Under the pieces are notes generated by a model that worked only from the letters and a program-made list of their open reading frames with translations, did no database searches and was not told the DNA's origin. From NCBI GenBank assembly GCA_965243745.1, contig CBDEVR010000002.1, positions 967,935 through 1,031,934 of the forward strand: a DNA stretch of 64,000 bases. Direction: 5' to 3'. This DNA comes from Dehalococcoidia bacterium. GTDB taxonomy: Bacteria; Chloroflexota; Dehalococcoidia; Lucifugimonadales; Australimonadaceae. Position 1 is the first letter of the stretch, and each line of letters begins with the position of its first letter. A program made the translations under genes and the position numbers. Of this stretch, positions 18,003 through 28,518 are shown piece by piece.

Positions 18003-21000
18003 TCAGGCCGCCGTACTCTCGAACTCCACCGCCGATCCGGCGCCGAGCAACTCGCGGAGTTGCATCTCGAGCGCGTCGCAGAATTGCGTTCGGATCAGCG
18101 GCATCTGGACCCGCCAGAAGACACCTTCGCTCTCGATGACGAGGTCCACCTCGTCTGTGCCCGGGTACTCCAGCAGCGTCTGGAGCACGAGCTTGAGCAG
18201 GCGGTTGTCCTCGGAGGGCTGGTCGGTCTCCTTCATCTTCACAAGGATCTTGCGCTGCCCCTCCTCGAAGGTCTGCACCGCCGGTACCGCCTCAACGCGA
18301 GGGGCCCCGTTCATCGAGTGCAGCGTCGCACCGTTGGTGACCGGCTGCGGCGCCACGCTCTCGGTTCCCTCCACGGGTGGCTTCCATTCCTCGACCCTGG
18401 GCGTGGCGGGGACCGCAGCCGGAGCAGGCGGGTGCTCCGCCGTCTCTGCTACCGCGAACTCGATCGCCTCGTCGCAGTGTATCGAGGTCTCATCCCCGCG
18501 ATGCCGCACAACCCCCTTCAACTCCACGAGATTGCCTTCCACCCACAGGTCGAACGTCTTTTCGAGTACCCGGCTCCATACCGCTACGTCCAGCACCGAG
18601 CCGTCGAATATCTCCAGGCCAACGAAGCAGATCTGCCTGCTTTGCCTGTCCATCGTGAAGCGCACCGACGCCACCTCGCCGGCCAGCAGGACCTTCTCCC
18701 CGTCCGCGTACCCCTCCACCTCTTCGCGGGAGAGCGCCGCTCCCGAGGGCGCGTTCACCGGGTCCAGCACGCGCCGGCCCAGCGCGACGCCGATCAGCTC
18801 GCGCTCCCACGACACCAACTCACGCACCGTCGGCTCGGGCACGGGCAACAACTCGATCTCTGCCAGCGGCGTTGGCGCGGATGCACCGAACAGGTCGAAC
18901 ATCGTGGACTGGCCGCTCTCGCGCAGGCGCGCCTCCTGTTGCATCAGGTGCACGATGTTGTCCGCACTCGCGGCGAGCTGTCCTCGGGACCCGAAAGCGT
19001 CGAGCGCGCCCACCCGTGCAAGGCTCTCGACGACACGCCGGTTCGCCGCCTCCGACCCGGCACGCCTGCAGAAGTCCTCCAGCGATGGGAAAGGACCGTT
19101 CTCCTCGCGCTCGGTCACCAGCTCCGCCACTGCCGACGCCCCGATGTTCTTGATCGACGCGAGGCCGAACCGCACCGCTTCCCGGCCTCCCTCCGCCCAG
19201 TCCACGCTGAACTCCACTCCGCTCCGGTTCACGTCCGGTGGCAGCACCGGTATCCCGAGGCGCACGCACTCTGCCACGGCCGGGCCCATCCGGTCGTTTC
19301 CGTTGTACGCGTTCAGCACACAGGTCATGAACTCCACGGGATAGTTCGCCTTGAAGTACGCCGTCCAGTACGCGACCACCGCGTAACTCACGCTGTGCGC
19401 CTTGTTGAACGCATAACCCGCGAACGGTTCGATCAGGTCGAAGACCGCGACGGCGGTCGGCTCGTCGTAGCCTTGTTTCCGGGCCCCTTCGACGAAGCTT
19501 TCCCGCTCCTGCTGCATCAACGAGGCGATCTTCTTCCCCATCGCCTTGCGGACCACGTCCGCTTCACCGAGCGAATAGCCCGCGAAACGGCGCATGATGT
19601 GCAGCACCTGGTCCTGGTAGACGATCACCCCGTACGTCTCGCGGAGTATCTCCTCAAGGTCGGCATGGGGGTAGCTGGCCGGTGCGCGTCCGTGCTTCGA
19701 ATCGATGAATCGTCCGATGTGCTCCATCGGGCCCGGGCGGTAGAGCGCGATCATCGCCGCGAGCTCTCCCAGCGTGCTCGGACGCAGCTCCTTGATGTAG
19801 CGCCGCATCCCCGGACTCTCCAACTGGAAGAGTGCCGTCGTCTCGCCGCTGCTCAGCAGTTCATACGTCCTGACGTCGTCGAACGGCACCTCCTGCAGCC
19901 GGACCTCGATGCCCTTGCGCTGCCGCACCATCTCGATCGTGTTGCTCAGGATGGAGTAGTTGATCAGGCCGAGGAAGTCCATCTTGAGCAGCCCGAGCTT
20001 GGCAACCGGCTCCATGGCGTACTGCGTCATCGCCACGCTGTTCTCGTTGCCCTTCGTCGGCCGCTGCAACGGCACGTGGTCCGTGAGCGGGTCCTCCGAG
20101 ATCACCACCCCGGCGGCGTGTGTGCTCACGTTGCGCGTCACGCCTTCCAGGCTCCGCGCGGTATCGATGAGCTTACGTAACTCCTCGTCCTGCTCGTATG
20201 CCTCCTTCATCTCGGGCGACTGCTCGAAGGCGAGGTCTATCGTCATCCCGAGCCGCTGCGGAACGAGCCGCGCCACGCGGTCCACGTCCGCGTATGTCAT
20301 GCCCAGAACGCGCCCCGAGTCCCGGATGGCGGCCTTCGCGCCGAGCGTGCCGAACGTGATGATCTGCGCCACGTGGTCGCGCCCGTACTTCTCGGTAACG
20401 TACTGGATCGCTTCCTCGCGCCGGTCGTCCTGGAAGTCCATGTCGATGTCCGGCATCTCTTTGCGCTCGATGTTGAGGAAGCGCTCGAACACCAGTTCGT
20501 AGTCCAGCGGGTCAAGTTCCGTAACGCCCAGGCAGTAGAGCGCGAGCGATGACGCGGCGCTGCCCCGCACTCCGAAGACGATGCCCTCCCTCCGCGCGAA
20601 GTCCGCGATGTCCCACACCACGAGGAAGTAGTTCGGGTATTGCGTCTCCGTGATGACGTCCAACTCGTACTCCAGCCGTTGCTTCGCCGCGTCCGGCGCC
20701 CCGTCCGGGTATCGCTCCCCGAACCCCTGCCAGCACAGCTTGCGCAGGTATTCGTCGGCGTCCTGGTTCTCCGGCGTTCGATAGCGCGGCAGCCGCAGCG
20801 TCGAGAAGTCGAGCTCCACGTCCGTCATATCGGCGATGGCCTGCGTGTTCGCTACCGCTTCGGGTAGGTCGCTGAACAGCTCCGCCATCTCCTCGTGCGT
20901 CTTCAGGTAGTACGACGAGTCTGAGAACTGGAAACGGTTCTCGTCTTTGAGGTTGGAGCTCGTCCCGATACAGAGCAGCACGTCGTGAACGCCGGCGTCG

Positions 21001-21656
21001 CCCTTGTCCACGTAGTGAAGGTCGTTCGTCGCGACAATGGGGATGTCCAGCTCCTCGCCGAGCCGCAGCAGTCCATTGTTCAGCGGAGTAAGGAAATCGA
21101 GGTTCTCGTGCCGCTGTATCTCAAGGTAGAAGGACGGGAAGGTTGCCTTGTACCACCTCGTCAGCTCCTTCGCCGCCTCGTAGTTCCCGTTGATCAGCGC
21201 GACCGATATCTCAGAACTGGGGCAGCCGGAGAAGACGACGAGGCCGTCGGCGTGCTCTTCGAGCAACTCGTGGTCCACCCGGGGCTTGTAGTAGAACCCC
21301 TCCAGGTGCGCCCTGGATGACAGCTTGATCAGGTTCCGGTAGCCCTCGTTGTTCTTCGCGAGGACCGTGAGGTGGTGCTGGTTCTGGCCTTTGCCTCCCG
21401 TGGAGCGGTCCGTCCGTTTCCCGTTCGCGACGTACAGCTCGCACCCGATCACCGGCTTGATGCCCGCTTCCTTGCACGCCGCGTAGAAATCCACCGCTCC
21501 GTACATCGAGCCGTGGTCGGTGAGCCCGAGCGCCGTCATCCCCAGCTCCTTGGCGCGGCTCACCATCGCCGGGATGCGGCTCAGACCGTCGAGCAGGCTG
21601 TACTCCGAGTGGACGTGAAGATGAGTGAATGGCACCGGTTGCACACTCCGGGACAA
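18003..21656 (-). CDS. dnaE: DNA polymerase III alpha subunit
   Basis: 1217 aa. N-terminal PHP domain (FTHLHVHSEYSLLDG), polymerase core and C-terminal OB region. Confidence 0.95.
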   Translation of the reverse strand: MSRSVQPVPFTHLHVHSEYSLLDGLSRIPAMVSRAKELGMTALGLTDHGSMYGAVDFYAACKEAGIKPVIGCELYVANGKRTDRSTGGKGQNQHHLTVLAKNNEGYRNLIKLSSRAHLEGFYYKPRVDHELLEEHADGLVVFSGCPSSEISVALINGNYEAAKELTRWYKATFPSFYLEIQRHENLDFLTPLNNGLLRLGEELDIPIVATNDLHYVDKGDAGVHDVLLCIGTSSNLKDENRFQFSDSSYYLKTHEEMAELFSDLPEAVANTQAIADMTDVELDFSTLRLPRYRTPENQDADEYLRKLCWQGFGERYPDGAPDAAKQRLEYELDVITETQYPNYFLVVWDIADFARREGIVFGVRGSAASSLALYCLGVTELDPLDYELVFERFLNIERKEMPDIDMDFQDDRREEAIQYVTEKYGRDHVAQIITFGTLGAKAAIRDSGRVLGMTYADVDRVARLVPQRLGMTIDLAFEQSPEMKEAYEQDEELRKLIDTARSLEGVTRNVSTHAAGVVISEDPLTDHVPLQRPTKGNENSVAMTQYAMEPVAKLGLLKMDFLGLINYSILSNTIEMVRQRKGIEVRLQEVPFDDVRTYELLSSGETTALFQLESPGMRRYIKELRPSTLGELAAMIALYRPGPMEHIGRFIDSKHGRAPASYPHADLEEILRETYGVIVYQDQVLHIMRRFAGYSLGEADVVRKAMGKKIASLMQQERESFVEGARKQGYDEPTAVAVFDLIEPFAGYAFNKAHSVSYAVVAYWTAYFKANYPVEFMTCVLNAYNGNDRMGPAVAECVRLGIPVLPPDVNRSGVEFSVDWAEGGREAVRFGLASIKNIGASAVAELVTEREENGPFPSLEDFCRRAGSEAANRRVVESLARVGALDAFGSRGQLAASADNIVHLMQQEARLRESGQSTMFDLFGASAPTPLAEIELLPVPEPTVRELVSWERELIGVALGRRVLDPVNAPSGAALSREEVEGYADGEKVLLAGEVASVRFTMDRQSRQICFVGLEIFDGSVLDVAVWSRVLEKTFDLWVEGNLVELKGVVRHRGDETSIHCDEAIEFAVAETAEHPPAPAAVPATPRVEEWKPPVEGTESVAPQPVTNGATLHSMNGAPRVEAVPAVQTFEEGQRKILVKMKETDQPSEDNRLLKLVLQTLLEYPGTDEVDLVIESEGVFWRVQMPLIRTQFCDALEMQLRELLGAGSAVEFESTAA

Positions 21657-21792
21657 GTCCGGCCATTATAAGGACGTGACCCCACTATGCCCAAGCCTGA
21701 AATATGCAGGATTTTGCATCGTCTTGCCGCTTGCCTACAGCATCCTGTGTACTACCGGCCTCTGAGCGACGCCCCCATCCCCGCGCTCTCCG

Positions 21793-21821
21793 TTGACCGA
21801 GCGCCGAGCCGCTGCTACGCT
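21793..21821 (+). promoter_or_regulatory. candidate sigma-70-type promoter for folC
   Basis: TTGACC (21793-21798), 17-nt spacer, TACGCT (21816-21821). The ATG at 21836 implies a very short leader. Confidence 0.3.
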
Positions 21822-21835
21822 CGGAACAGGATCCC

Positions 21836-23218
21836 ATGCCTGCTCACGACCCTCACGCCGCTTACGAAGAAGCCCTGCACCGCCTCCTCTCCCTTGCCGA
21901 CCTCGAGCGGATGACAGGAGACGCCGCCCCCGCGTACAAGTACGACCTCGAGCGCATGCGGGAGCTGGCTGGCCGGTTGGGCCTGCTCGATGGCGGGCCG
22001 CCGCTCATCCACGTTGCCGGGACGAAGGGGAAGGGCAGCGTCGCAGCCATGACCTCCAGCGTCCTCCGGGCGCATGGCCTGCGCACCGGGCTCTACACCT
22101 CGCCCCACCTGCACGCGTTCAGAGAGCGCATCCGGCTGGACGGCGCACCCCTCAGCGAGGACTCCTTCGCCGCGGCGGTAGACCGCATCTGGCCTGTCGT
22201 CGAGGAGATGGCGCGGGAGCCCGTCGGCGCGCCGTCCACGTTCGAGGCGCTCACCGCGATGGCGCTGGACGTCTTCCGCGAGGAGACGGCGGACGCAGTC
22301 GTGCTCGAGGTCGGCCTGGGTGGACGCCTCGACGCGACCAACGTGGCGGCCGCGGACGTCGCGGTCATCACCTCTGTCAGCCTCGACCACACCGCCATCC
22401 TCGGCTCGACCCTCGAGGCCATCGCGGGGGAGAAGGCCGGCATCGTCAAGGGAGCGCAGCCCGTTGTCTCCGCGCCGCAGGACCCCGCGGCCATGAACGT
22501 CATCCGCGCACGTGCGCAGGCGATGGGCGCGCCGCTCACCGAGGTAGGGCGCGACGTGGTCTATGCGCAGGAAGCGCACGACCTCTCCGGTCAGACGGTG
22601 CTGGTGACGACCGCCCGAGACCGCTATCGCATACGCCTGCCGCTGCTCGGCGCACACCAGGCCGAGAACGCGGCGGTCGCCGTGGCCGCCCTGGAGCAAG
22701 CGCCGCTGACGCTGACGCGGAGCGCTATCGAGGCCGGCCTCGGCTCGGTGCGCTGGGACGGCCGCTTCCAACTGCTCGGCTCTGACCCGTACCTCGTCGT
22801 GGACGGCGCGCACAACCCGTACTCCATGGCGAGGCTGCGCGAGACCGTTCGCGAATACCTCCCCGGCGCGCGCGTCCATCTCGTGTTCGGCGCGTCCGGC
22901 GACAAGCAGATCGACCTGCTCACAGAGGAGGCCGCGGCCTTCGCAGACGAGGTCTGGACCGTCGCCTCGCGCCATCCCCGCGCTGCGCATCCGGACATGC
23001 TCGCTCCTCTCTTCGAGCGCCTCGGAACGACCGCGCACAGCGCTGACAGCGTCGCCGAGGGCATCGAGCGAGCGTTGGACGCGGCGGAGAGCGGCGACCT
23101 CGTGCTCGTGACCGGCTCGCTCTTCGCCGTCGCTGAGGCGCTGCAGTACTCCCTCGGCATCGCCGGAGAGCACTATCCTGAGTTCGACCCGCAGGCATCC
23201 GCCCTGGGGAGAGTCTGA
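21836..23218 (+). CDS. folC: bifunctional folylpolyglutamate synthase / dihydrofolate synthase
   Basis: Mur-ligase-type P-loop (HVAGTKGKGS) and overall FolC pattern. Confidence 0.85.
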   Translation: MPAHDPHAAYEEALHRLLSLADLERMTGDAAPAYKYDLERMRELAGRLGLLDGGPPLIHVAGTKGKGSVAAMTSSVLRAHGLRTGLYTSPHLHAFRERIRLDGAPLSEDSFAAAVDRIWPVVEEMAREPVGAPSTFEALTAMALDVFREETADAVVLEVGLGGRLDATNVAAADVAVITSVSLDHTAILGSTLEAIAGEKAGIVKGAQPVVSAPQDPAAMNVIRARAQAMGAPLTEVGRDVVYAQEAHDLSGQTVLVTTARDRYRIRLPLLGAHQAENAAVAVAALEQAPLTLTRSAIEAGLGSVRWDGRFQLLGSDPYLVVDGAHNPYSMARLRETVREYLPGARVHLVFGASGDKQIDLLTEEAAAFADEVWTVASRHPRAAHPDMLAPLFERLGTTAHSADSVAEGIERALDAAESGDLVLVTGSLFAVAEALQYSLGIAGEHYPEFDPQASALGRV

Positions 23219-23221
23219 ACC

Positions 23222-24484
23222 ATGACGAGCAGCGCTGCGAACGGACGCCAACGAGTCGTCGTCACCGGTATCGGCGCCGTGACCCCGCTCGGAGAGACCG
23301 CCGCCGAGTTCTGGGAAGGTCTCACCGCGGGACGCTCCGGCATCGGCCCCATGACGCTCGCCGACGCCACCGACTACCCCTGCCGGATATCCGGCGAGGT
23401 CTCCGGCTTCGACCCGGAGCGGTACATCGAGAAGCGGGAGGCCCGCAGGATGGCCCGCTTCTCTCAACTTGCCATCCCCGCGGCCGACGAGGCGATGCGC
23501 AGCGCGGGCCTCTCCGCCGCGAACGTCGACGCGGACCGGATGGGCGTCTACCTCGGCAATGGCAACGGTGGCTTCCCCACCATCGACGAGAGCATGCGCA
23601 TCCTCGTCGAGCGCGGCGGCATGCGCATGTCGCCGTTCTTCTTCCCAATGATCCTTCCCAACATGGCTGCCGCGAACGTCAGCCGGTACGTCGGCGCCCG
23701 AGGCCCCAGCAGCACCATCGTCACCGCCTGCGCCGCATCCACACAGTCCATCGGCGACGCCGCGGAGGTCATCCGCCGCGGCGCTGCCGACGTGATGGTC
23801 ACCGGCGGCACCGAAGCCGGCATCAGCCAGCTCGGACTCGCAGGCTTCTGCGTCATGCGCGCCCTCAGCACCCGCAACGACGACCCTCCCGCCGCGAGCC
23901 GCCCGTTCGACGCCGACCGCGACGGCTTCGTGCCCGCCGAAGGCGCGGGCATCCTTGTCATCGAGTCGCTGGAGCACGCGCTCAGGCGCGACGCACCCAT
24001 CGTCGCCGAGGTGCTCGGCTACGGGGCGTCATCCGACGCGGGGCACCAGTTCCAGCCGGACGACGACGGAGCGGGCGCCGCGCGCGCGATCCGCTGGGCG
24101 CTGGACGACGCCGGGGTCGGCCCCCACGAGGTGGACTACATCAACGCCCACGGCACCTCCACCCCGCTCAACGACGCCTCCGAGACGCTCGCCATCAAGC
24201 GCGCGTTCGGCGACGCCGCCTACAAGATACCCATCAGCTCGACGAAGTCCATGATCGGGCATGCGCTCGGAGGCGCGGGGGGCATGGAGGCCGTCGCCTG
24301 CGTGCAGACCATCCTCCACGGCCTCATCCACCCCACCATCAACTACACCACTCCCGACCCCGCCTGCGACCTCGACTACGTGCCGAACGAGGCCCGCCCC
24401 GCGGACGTGCGTACCGTGCTCTCCAACAGCTTCGGGTTCGGCGGACAGAACGCCTGTCTGGTCTTCCGCCGCTACGAGGACTGA
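23222..24484 (+). CDS. fabF: beta-ketoacyl-ACP synthase II
   Basis: Active-site Cys context (IVTACAAS), His-His motifs (NAHGTST, GHALGGAG) and C-terminal NSFGFGGQN. Confidence 0.9.
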   Translation: MTSSAANGRQRVVVTGIGAVTPLGETAAEFWEGLTAGRSGIGPMTLADATDYPCRISGEVSGFDPERYIEKREARRMARFSQLAIPAADEAMRSAGLSAANVDADRMGVYLGNGNGGFPTIDESMRILVERGGMRMSPFFFPMILPNMAAANVSRYVGARGPSSTIVTACAASTQSIGDAAEVIRRGAADVMVTGGTEAGISQLGLAGFCVMRALSTRNDDPPAASRPFDADRDGFVPAEGAGILVIESLEHALRRDAPIVAEVLGYGASSDAGHQFQPDDDGAGAARAIRWALDDAGVGPHEVDYINAHGTSTPLNDASETLAIKRAFGDAAYKIPISSTKSMIGHALGGAGGMEAVACVQTILHGLIHPTINYTTPDPACDLDYVPNEARPADVRTVLSNSFGFGGQNACLVFRRYED

Positions 24485-24487
24485 CCG

Positions 24488-24880
24488 CTACCGCTTCACC
24501 GTCTCAGCGTAGTTGATGCGGTCGTTGATGATGCGACCGGTGCCGTGCTCCACCTTCACCGTGTTGGCCGTCGCGCCTGACCGTGTGCCGATCATGATGA
24601 GCGGCGCTCCGCCCGTGTTGTGCAACTGGTAGAACGACCCGCCCGTGATGGTCGCCATCATGCCCGGCGTCAGCACCGCCTTGCCGCCGTCCGGGAAGTT
24701 CATCGTCAGTTCCCCTTCGATGATCTGGAACGTCTGGTCCTGGTTGTGGCAGTGCATCTCGTCCATCTGGTCGGGCGTGTAGTAGTGGATCCACACGTGG
24801 AAGCGGTTCGTGTCCAGCACCACCGTGCGCTTCTTCGTCTCGTGGCCGAACGCTTTCGTGTCGAAGACCTCTATCGGCAT
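24488..24880 (-). CDS. cupin-domain protein
   Basis: 130 aa with a single cupin motif (MHCHNQDQTFQIIEGEL...). Confidence 0.6.
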   Translation of the reverse strand: MPIEVFDTKAFGHETKKRTVVLDTNRFHVWIHYYTPDQMDEMHCHNQDQTFQIIEGELTMNFPDGGKAVLTPGMMATITGGSFYQLHNTGGAPLIMIGTRSGATANTVKVEHGTGRIINDRINYAETVKR

Positions 24881-25051
24881 GGCGCTGCGCCTCCTCTCGA
24901 TTACGCTGCCCGCACTCTAGGCACGCACGGGGCGGCGTGTCAAACGGCCCGCAAGAGCCGTGGTTATGACATCATCCACCTACTCAAATGTTCGTAGTAC
25001 AGTACCCTCGGCCCACAACCCTGGCCTCGTCGCTGCATTCAGGAGGTGCCT

Positions 25052-26998
25052 ATGGCTATTCCCACCGAGAAACAACCTCACGTAGCTACCTCCCAGGCTG
25101 TTTCCCATCCCCTTGACCCTCTGACATCTGAAGAGATTGTCGAGGCCGCCGCCATCCTTAAGGCACAACGTCGATTGGGCCCGCGGGTACGCTTCGAGAC
25201 GATCGTCCTGCAGGAACCGGCCAAGGACGTCGTGCTCAACCACAAGCCCGGCGGGGCCATCTCCCGCGATGCCTTCGTGGTCATCCTGGACAATGAGGAC
25301 GGCTCCACTTACGAGGCCGTGGTGTCCCTGAACGAGGGACGAGTCACTTTCTGGCAACACGTGCCTGGGGTACAGCCCCGGATAATGTTGGACGAGTTCT
25401 TCGAGTGCGAGGCCGCCGTCAGGGCAGACCCCGAGTTTCTCGCCGCCTTGGCGAAAAGGGGCATCACCGACCCCTCTCTCGTGATGGTCGACCCCTGGTC
25501 GGCCGGCTACTACGGCTACCCCGACGAGGAGGGGCGTCGCCTGGCCCTGACCCGCAACTTCCTTCGCTCCAGCGTCATGGACAACGGTTACGCGCGGCCC
25601 ATTGAGGGGCTCAGCGCCCTGGTGGACCTGAACACCATGGAAGTCATGCGGGTGGACGACTACGGCCCGATCCCCCTGCCTCCCAACGCAGGCAACTACG
25701 CCGCCGAGTTTGTCGAAGGGTTCCGCCAGGATCTCAGACCGCTGGAGATAACCCAGCCGGAGGGGCCCAGCTTCACGGTGGATGGTCACAGCGTTACCTG
25801 GCAGAAGTGGCACCTGAGGATAGGATTCACGCCCCGCGAAGGGTTGGTGCTCCATACCGTTGCCTACGAGGACCAGGGCCGCGTTCGGCCCATCCTCTAC
25901 CGGGCTGCCCTGTCCGATATGGTCGTGCCCTACGGCGACCCCAGCAAGGACCACTACCGCAAGAACGCCTTCGACGCCGGGGAGTACGGCATCGGTTCCC
26001 TCACCAACCCCCTGACCTTGGGGTGTGACTGTCTTGGTGAGATTTACTACTTCGACGCAACCCTGAACGATGGACGCGGTGGCGCCTTCACCATACCCAA
26101 CGCCGTCTGCATGCACGAAGAGGACTACGGCATCCTGTGGAAGCACACCGACTGGCGCACCGGCAACGTGGAAGTGCGCCGCTCCCGCCGGCTGGTGATC
26201 TCCAGCATCGCCACGGTGGGCAACTACGAGTACGGCTTCTTCTGGTACTTCTACCAAGACGGGACGATCCAACTGGAGATCAAGCTGACCGGCATCATCA
26301 ACACCGCAGGCATCCCCTCCGGCGAAACGCCCAGGTATGGCACCATCGTCGCTCCCCAGTTGAATGCACACATCCACCAGCACTTCTTCAACTTCCGCCT
26401 GGATATGAGCGTGGACGGCGAGGCCAATAGCACCTACGAGGTGAATACCGTAGCTGAGCCCCCGGGGCCGGATAACCCCCATGCCAACGCCTTCTACGCC
26501 GAGGCAACTCCCCTCAAGACCGAGCTGGCTGCCCAGCGGGTCATCGACCCCCTGAAGGGCCGGTACTGGGTGGTGTCCAATCCCGCGGTCAGGAACGCCC
26601 TCGGCCAACCCGTGGGGTACAAGCTGATGCCCGGGGAGAATGTCCTGCCTTTCGCCCACCCCGACGCCAGCATCATCAAGCGGGCCGGCTTCATGACCAG
26701 GCACCTCTGGGTGACGCCCTACGCTCCCGATGAACTGTCGGCCACCGGCCCCTATCCCAACCAGCATCCAGGCGGCGCCGGCCTGCCTGAGTACACGAGG
26801 AATGACCGCAACCTGGAGAACACCGATTTGGTCCTCTGGTACACGCTGGGCTACCATCACGTGCCGCGTCCCGAGGACTGGCCCATAGCACCGGTGGCCT
26901 ACTGCGGGTTCAGCCTCAAGCCCGTGGGCTTCTTCGACACCAACCCCGTCCTAGACGTTCCGCCCTCCATGCACCACGACGCGGCGTGCCATACTTGA
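25052..26998 (+). CDS. copper-containing primary amine oxidase (TPQ enzyme)
   Basis: TPQ precursor motif GNYEY. Cu-ligand histidines HIHQH and YHH. ATG at 25052 lies 5 nt after AGGAGG; the tracked GTG at 25046 overlaps that RBS. No signal peptide is evident. Confidence 0.85.
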   Translation: MAIPTEKQPHVATSQAVSHPLDPLTSEEIVEAAAILKAQRRLGPRVRFETIVLQEPAKDVVLNHKPGGAISRDAFVVILDNEDGSTYEAVVSLNEGRVTFWQHVPGVQPRIMLDEFFECEAAVRADPEFLAALAKRGITDPSLVMVDPWSAGYYGYPDEEGRRLALTRNFLRSSVMDNGYARPIEGLSALVDLNTMEVMRVDDYGPIPLPPNAGNYAAEFVEGFRQDLRPLEITQPEGPSFTVDGHSVTWQKWHLRIGFTPREGLVLHTVAYEDQGRVRPILYRAALSDMVVPYGDPSKDHYRKNAFDAGEYGIGSLTNPLTLGCDCLGEIYYFDATLNDGRGGAFTIPNAVCMHEEDYGILWKHTDWRTGNVEVRRSRRLVISSIATVGNYEYGFFWYFYQDGTIQLEIKLTGIINTAGIPSGETPRYGTIVAPQLNAHIHQHFFNFRLDMSVDGEANSTYEVNTVAEPPGPDNPHANAFYAEATPLKTELAAQRVIDPLKGRYWVVSNPAVRNALGQPVGYKLMPGENVLPFAHPDASIIKRAGFMTRHLWVTPYAPDELSATGPYPNQHPGGAGLPEYTRNDRNLENTDLVLWYTLGYHHVPRPEDWPIAPVAYCGFSLKPVGFFDTNPVLDVPPSMHHDAACHT

Positions 26999-27029
26999 AG
27001 CACAGGCCCCGGAACCCCCGAGGGACAGG

Positions 27030-27533
27030 ATGAGTACACCTGGAGAGATCGAAGGGCGGGTGCGGGCGGCGCTGGACGAACTGAGCATCGCAGGCTGGGA
27101 GTGGGTCGAGATCGATCCGCAGTACGCCGACACTGCGGACTTCTGCGAACGGTATGGGTATGACCTGCCTCACTCCGCCAATACGATCATCGTGGCCAGC
27201 AAGCGAGGCCCGGCCGCGTATTGCGCGGGGATCGTGCGAGCGTGCGACCGGCTTGATGTGAACAAGCGTGTGCGCGGGCTGATGGGGGTGTCGCGGGCGT
27301 CGTTCGCCTCGGCGGAGCAGACCCGTGAAGTAACGGGGATGATGATCGGCGGGGTTACGGCACTGGCGCTGCCGGTGGGGTTGCCGGTCTACGCCGACGT
27401 GCGCCTGCTGGAGATGGACTACGTCATCCTTGGAGCGGGCAGCCGGTCCGGCAAGCTGAAGATGGCGCCCCGGGAACTGGAGAAGCTGCCGGGTCTGGAG
27501 TTCGTCGAGGGGTTGTCGGTCTCGGCGGAGTGA
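27030..27533 (+). CDS. YbaK/ProX-like aminoacyl-tRNA deacylase domain protein
   Basis: 167 aa with YbaK/EbsC-like pattern (ANTIIV...KRGP..., GGVTALAL). Confidence 0.6.
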   Translation: MSTPGEIEGRVRAALDELSIAGWEWVEIDPQYADTADFCERYGYDLPHSANTIIVASKRGPAAYCAGIVRACDRLDVNKRVRGLMGVSRASFASAEQTREVTGMMIGGVTALALPVGLPVYADVRLLEMDYVILGAGSRSGKLKMAPRELEKLPGLEFVEGLSVSAE

Positions 27534-27559
27534 TTGCGGCGAGTCCGGTAGGCGTTCCC

Positions 27560-27635
27560 TGGTACCCCTGCAGGGACTCGAACCCTGGCACGCGGTTTAG
27601 GAAACCGCTGCTCTATCCTCCTGAGCTACAGGGGC
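27560..27635 (-). tRNA. tRNA-Arg (anticodon CCT), CCA encoded
   Basis: Reverse complement folds as GCCCCTG-TA-GCTC..GAGC-A-GCGGT-TTCCTAA-ACCGC-GTGC-CAGGG-TTCGAGT-CCCTG-CAGGGGT-A-CCA. Confidence 0.9.
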
Positions 27636-27652
27636 ACAGGCGTATTGTACTC

Positions 27653-28432
27653 CTACACACCGGGGGTCTCTGCCCGGATCTCCGCAGCGATCTGGTCGAC
27701 CAGCGACATGGTCTCGCGGAAGATACTCGCGGCATACGTCACCCGTCGCGCGCCCGCCTGGGCTGCGGCAGTAACCGAGATAGGTCCCCCGCGGCGGACC
27801 GTTACGTTGACAACCTCGGCTGCCTCTACCAGGGCGCGGATCGCGGTGGGGTCGCTCAAGCTGATGGGGTATATGCAGTCTGCCCCCGCTTCGCGGTACA
27901 GCCTGGCGCGTTGCAGGCCCTCTTCCAACTGCGTATCCACGTCCCCTCCGCGCCGGATGAATACGTCCACCCGTGCGTTGAGGAACAGGTCGACGCCAAG
28001 GGCCTGCGCCTCCGTCTTGACAGCCGCCAGACGCTCTGCCTGTGCTTCGGCCGGCACCAGCACCGACGTCCCGTAATGGTCCGTGTCTTCCAGGTTCAAG
28101 CCCACCGCCCCGATGTGGACCAACCGTCGGGCGATCTCAGCCGGAGGCAGTTGGTACCCGGCCTCGAAATCGACGGTGACAGGCAGGGAAACTGAACGGA
28201 TGATGCGCTCCGCCGCGGCGAGCATCTCCTCGACCGGGGCTGCCTCGTGGTCCGCGTAGCCGATGGCCGGCGCTACGCCTCCGCTGGTCGTTGCGATCGC
28301 AGGGAAGCCCGCCGCCTCGAAGCGCTGGGCGCTCGCCGCGTCCCAGGCATTCGGCAACACCAGCATCCCGGGTCCCGCATGCAGGTCGCGGAATGATCGA
28401 ACCTTTGATGAAAGCTGTTCGAGGTCCACCAT
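27653..28432 (-). CDS. isocitrate lyase / PEP mutase family protein (methylisocitrate-lyase-like)
   Basis: Motif LVLPNAWDAASAQ..AGFPAIATTSGG. Start placed at MVDLEQ (28432). The longer ORF to 28486 has no RBS-like sequence, but neither start is proven. Confidence 0.7.
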   Translation of the reverse strand: MVDLEQLSSKVRSFRDLHAGPGMLVLPNAWDAASAQRFEAAGFPAIATTSGGVAPAIGYADHEAAPVEEMLAAAERIIRSVSLPVTVDFEAGYQLPPAEIARRLVHIGAVGLNLEDTDHYGTSVLVPAEAQAERLAAVKTEAQALGVDLFLNARVDVFIRRGGDVDTQLEEGLQRARLYREAGADCIYPISLSDPTAIRALVEAAEVVNVTVRRGGPISVTAAAQAGARRVTYAASIFRETMSLVDQIAAEIRAETPGV

Positions 28433-28518
28433 GGTGTTACGCCCCACTACACTAGAGGCGTCATAGTACCATTCACCCATCGCCATCGCGCACCGCGCGA
28501 GGCGCCAGGAGACGACGC

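Noticed and set aside
17995-18010. Palindromic GCCTGATCAGGC where the ogt and dnaE stop codons abut (TGA/TCA) with zero intergenic distance
   Set aside because: This is most simply a coincidence of two convergent stop codons. The stem is too short and there is no T-tract, so it is not called a terminator.
18003-18450. ~150-aa C-terminal region of DnaE beyond the OB fold, considered as a possible novel fused domain
   Set aside because: DnaE proteins normally carry a C-terminal tau/beta-interaction region of comparable size. Nothing here is demonstrably unusual without an alignment.
24980-26860. 626-aa ORF antisense to the copper amine oxidase
   Set aside because: Same high-GC antisense artefact. 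The plus-strand product has unmistakable TPQ and Cu-ligand motifs.
27530-28195. 221-aa plus-strand ORF
   Set aside because: It reads through tRNA-Arg on the opposite strand and is antisense to the PEP-mutase-family gene. It is not credible as coding.
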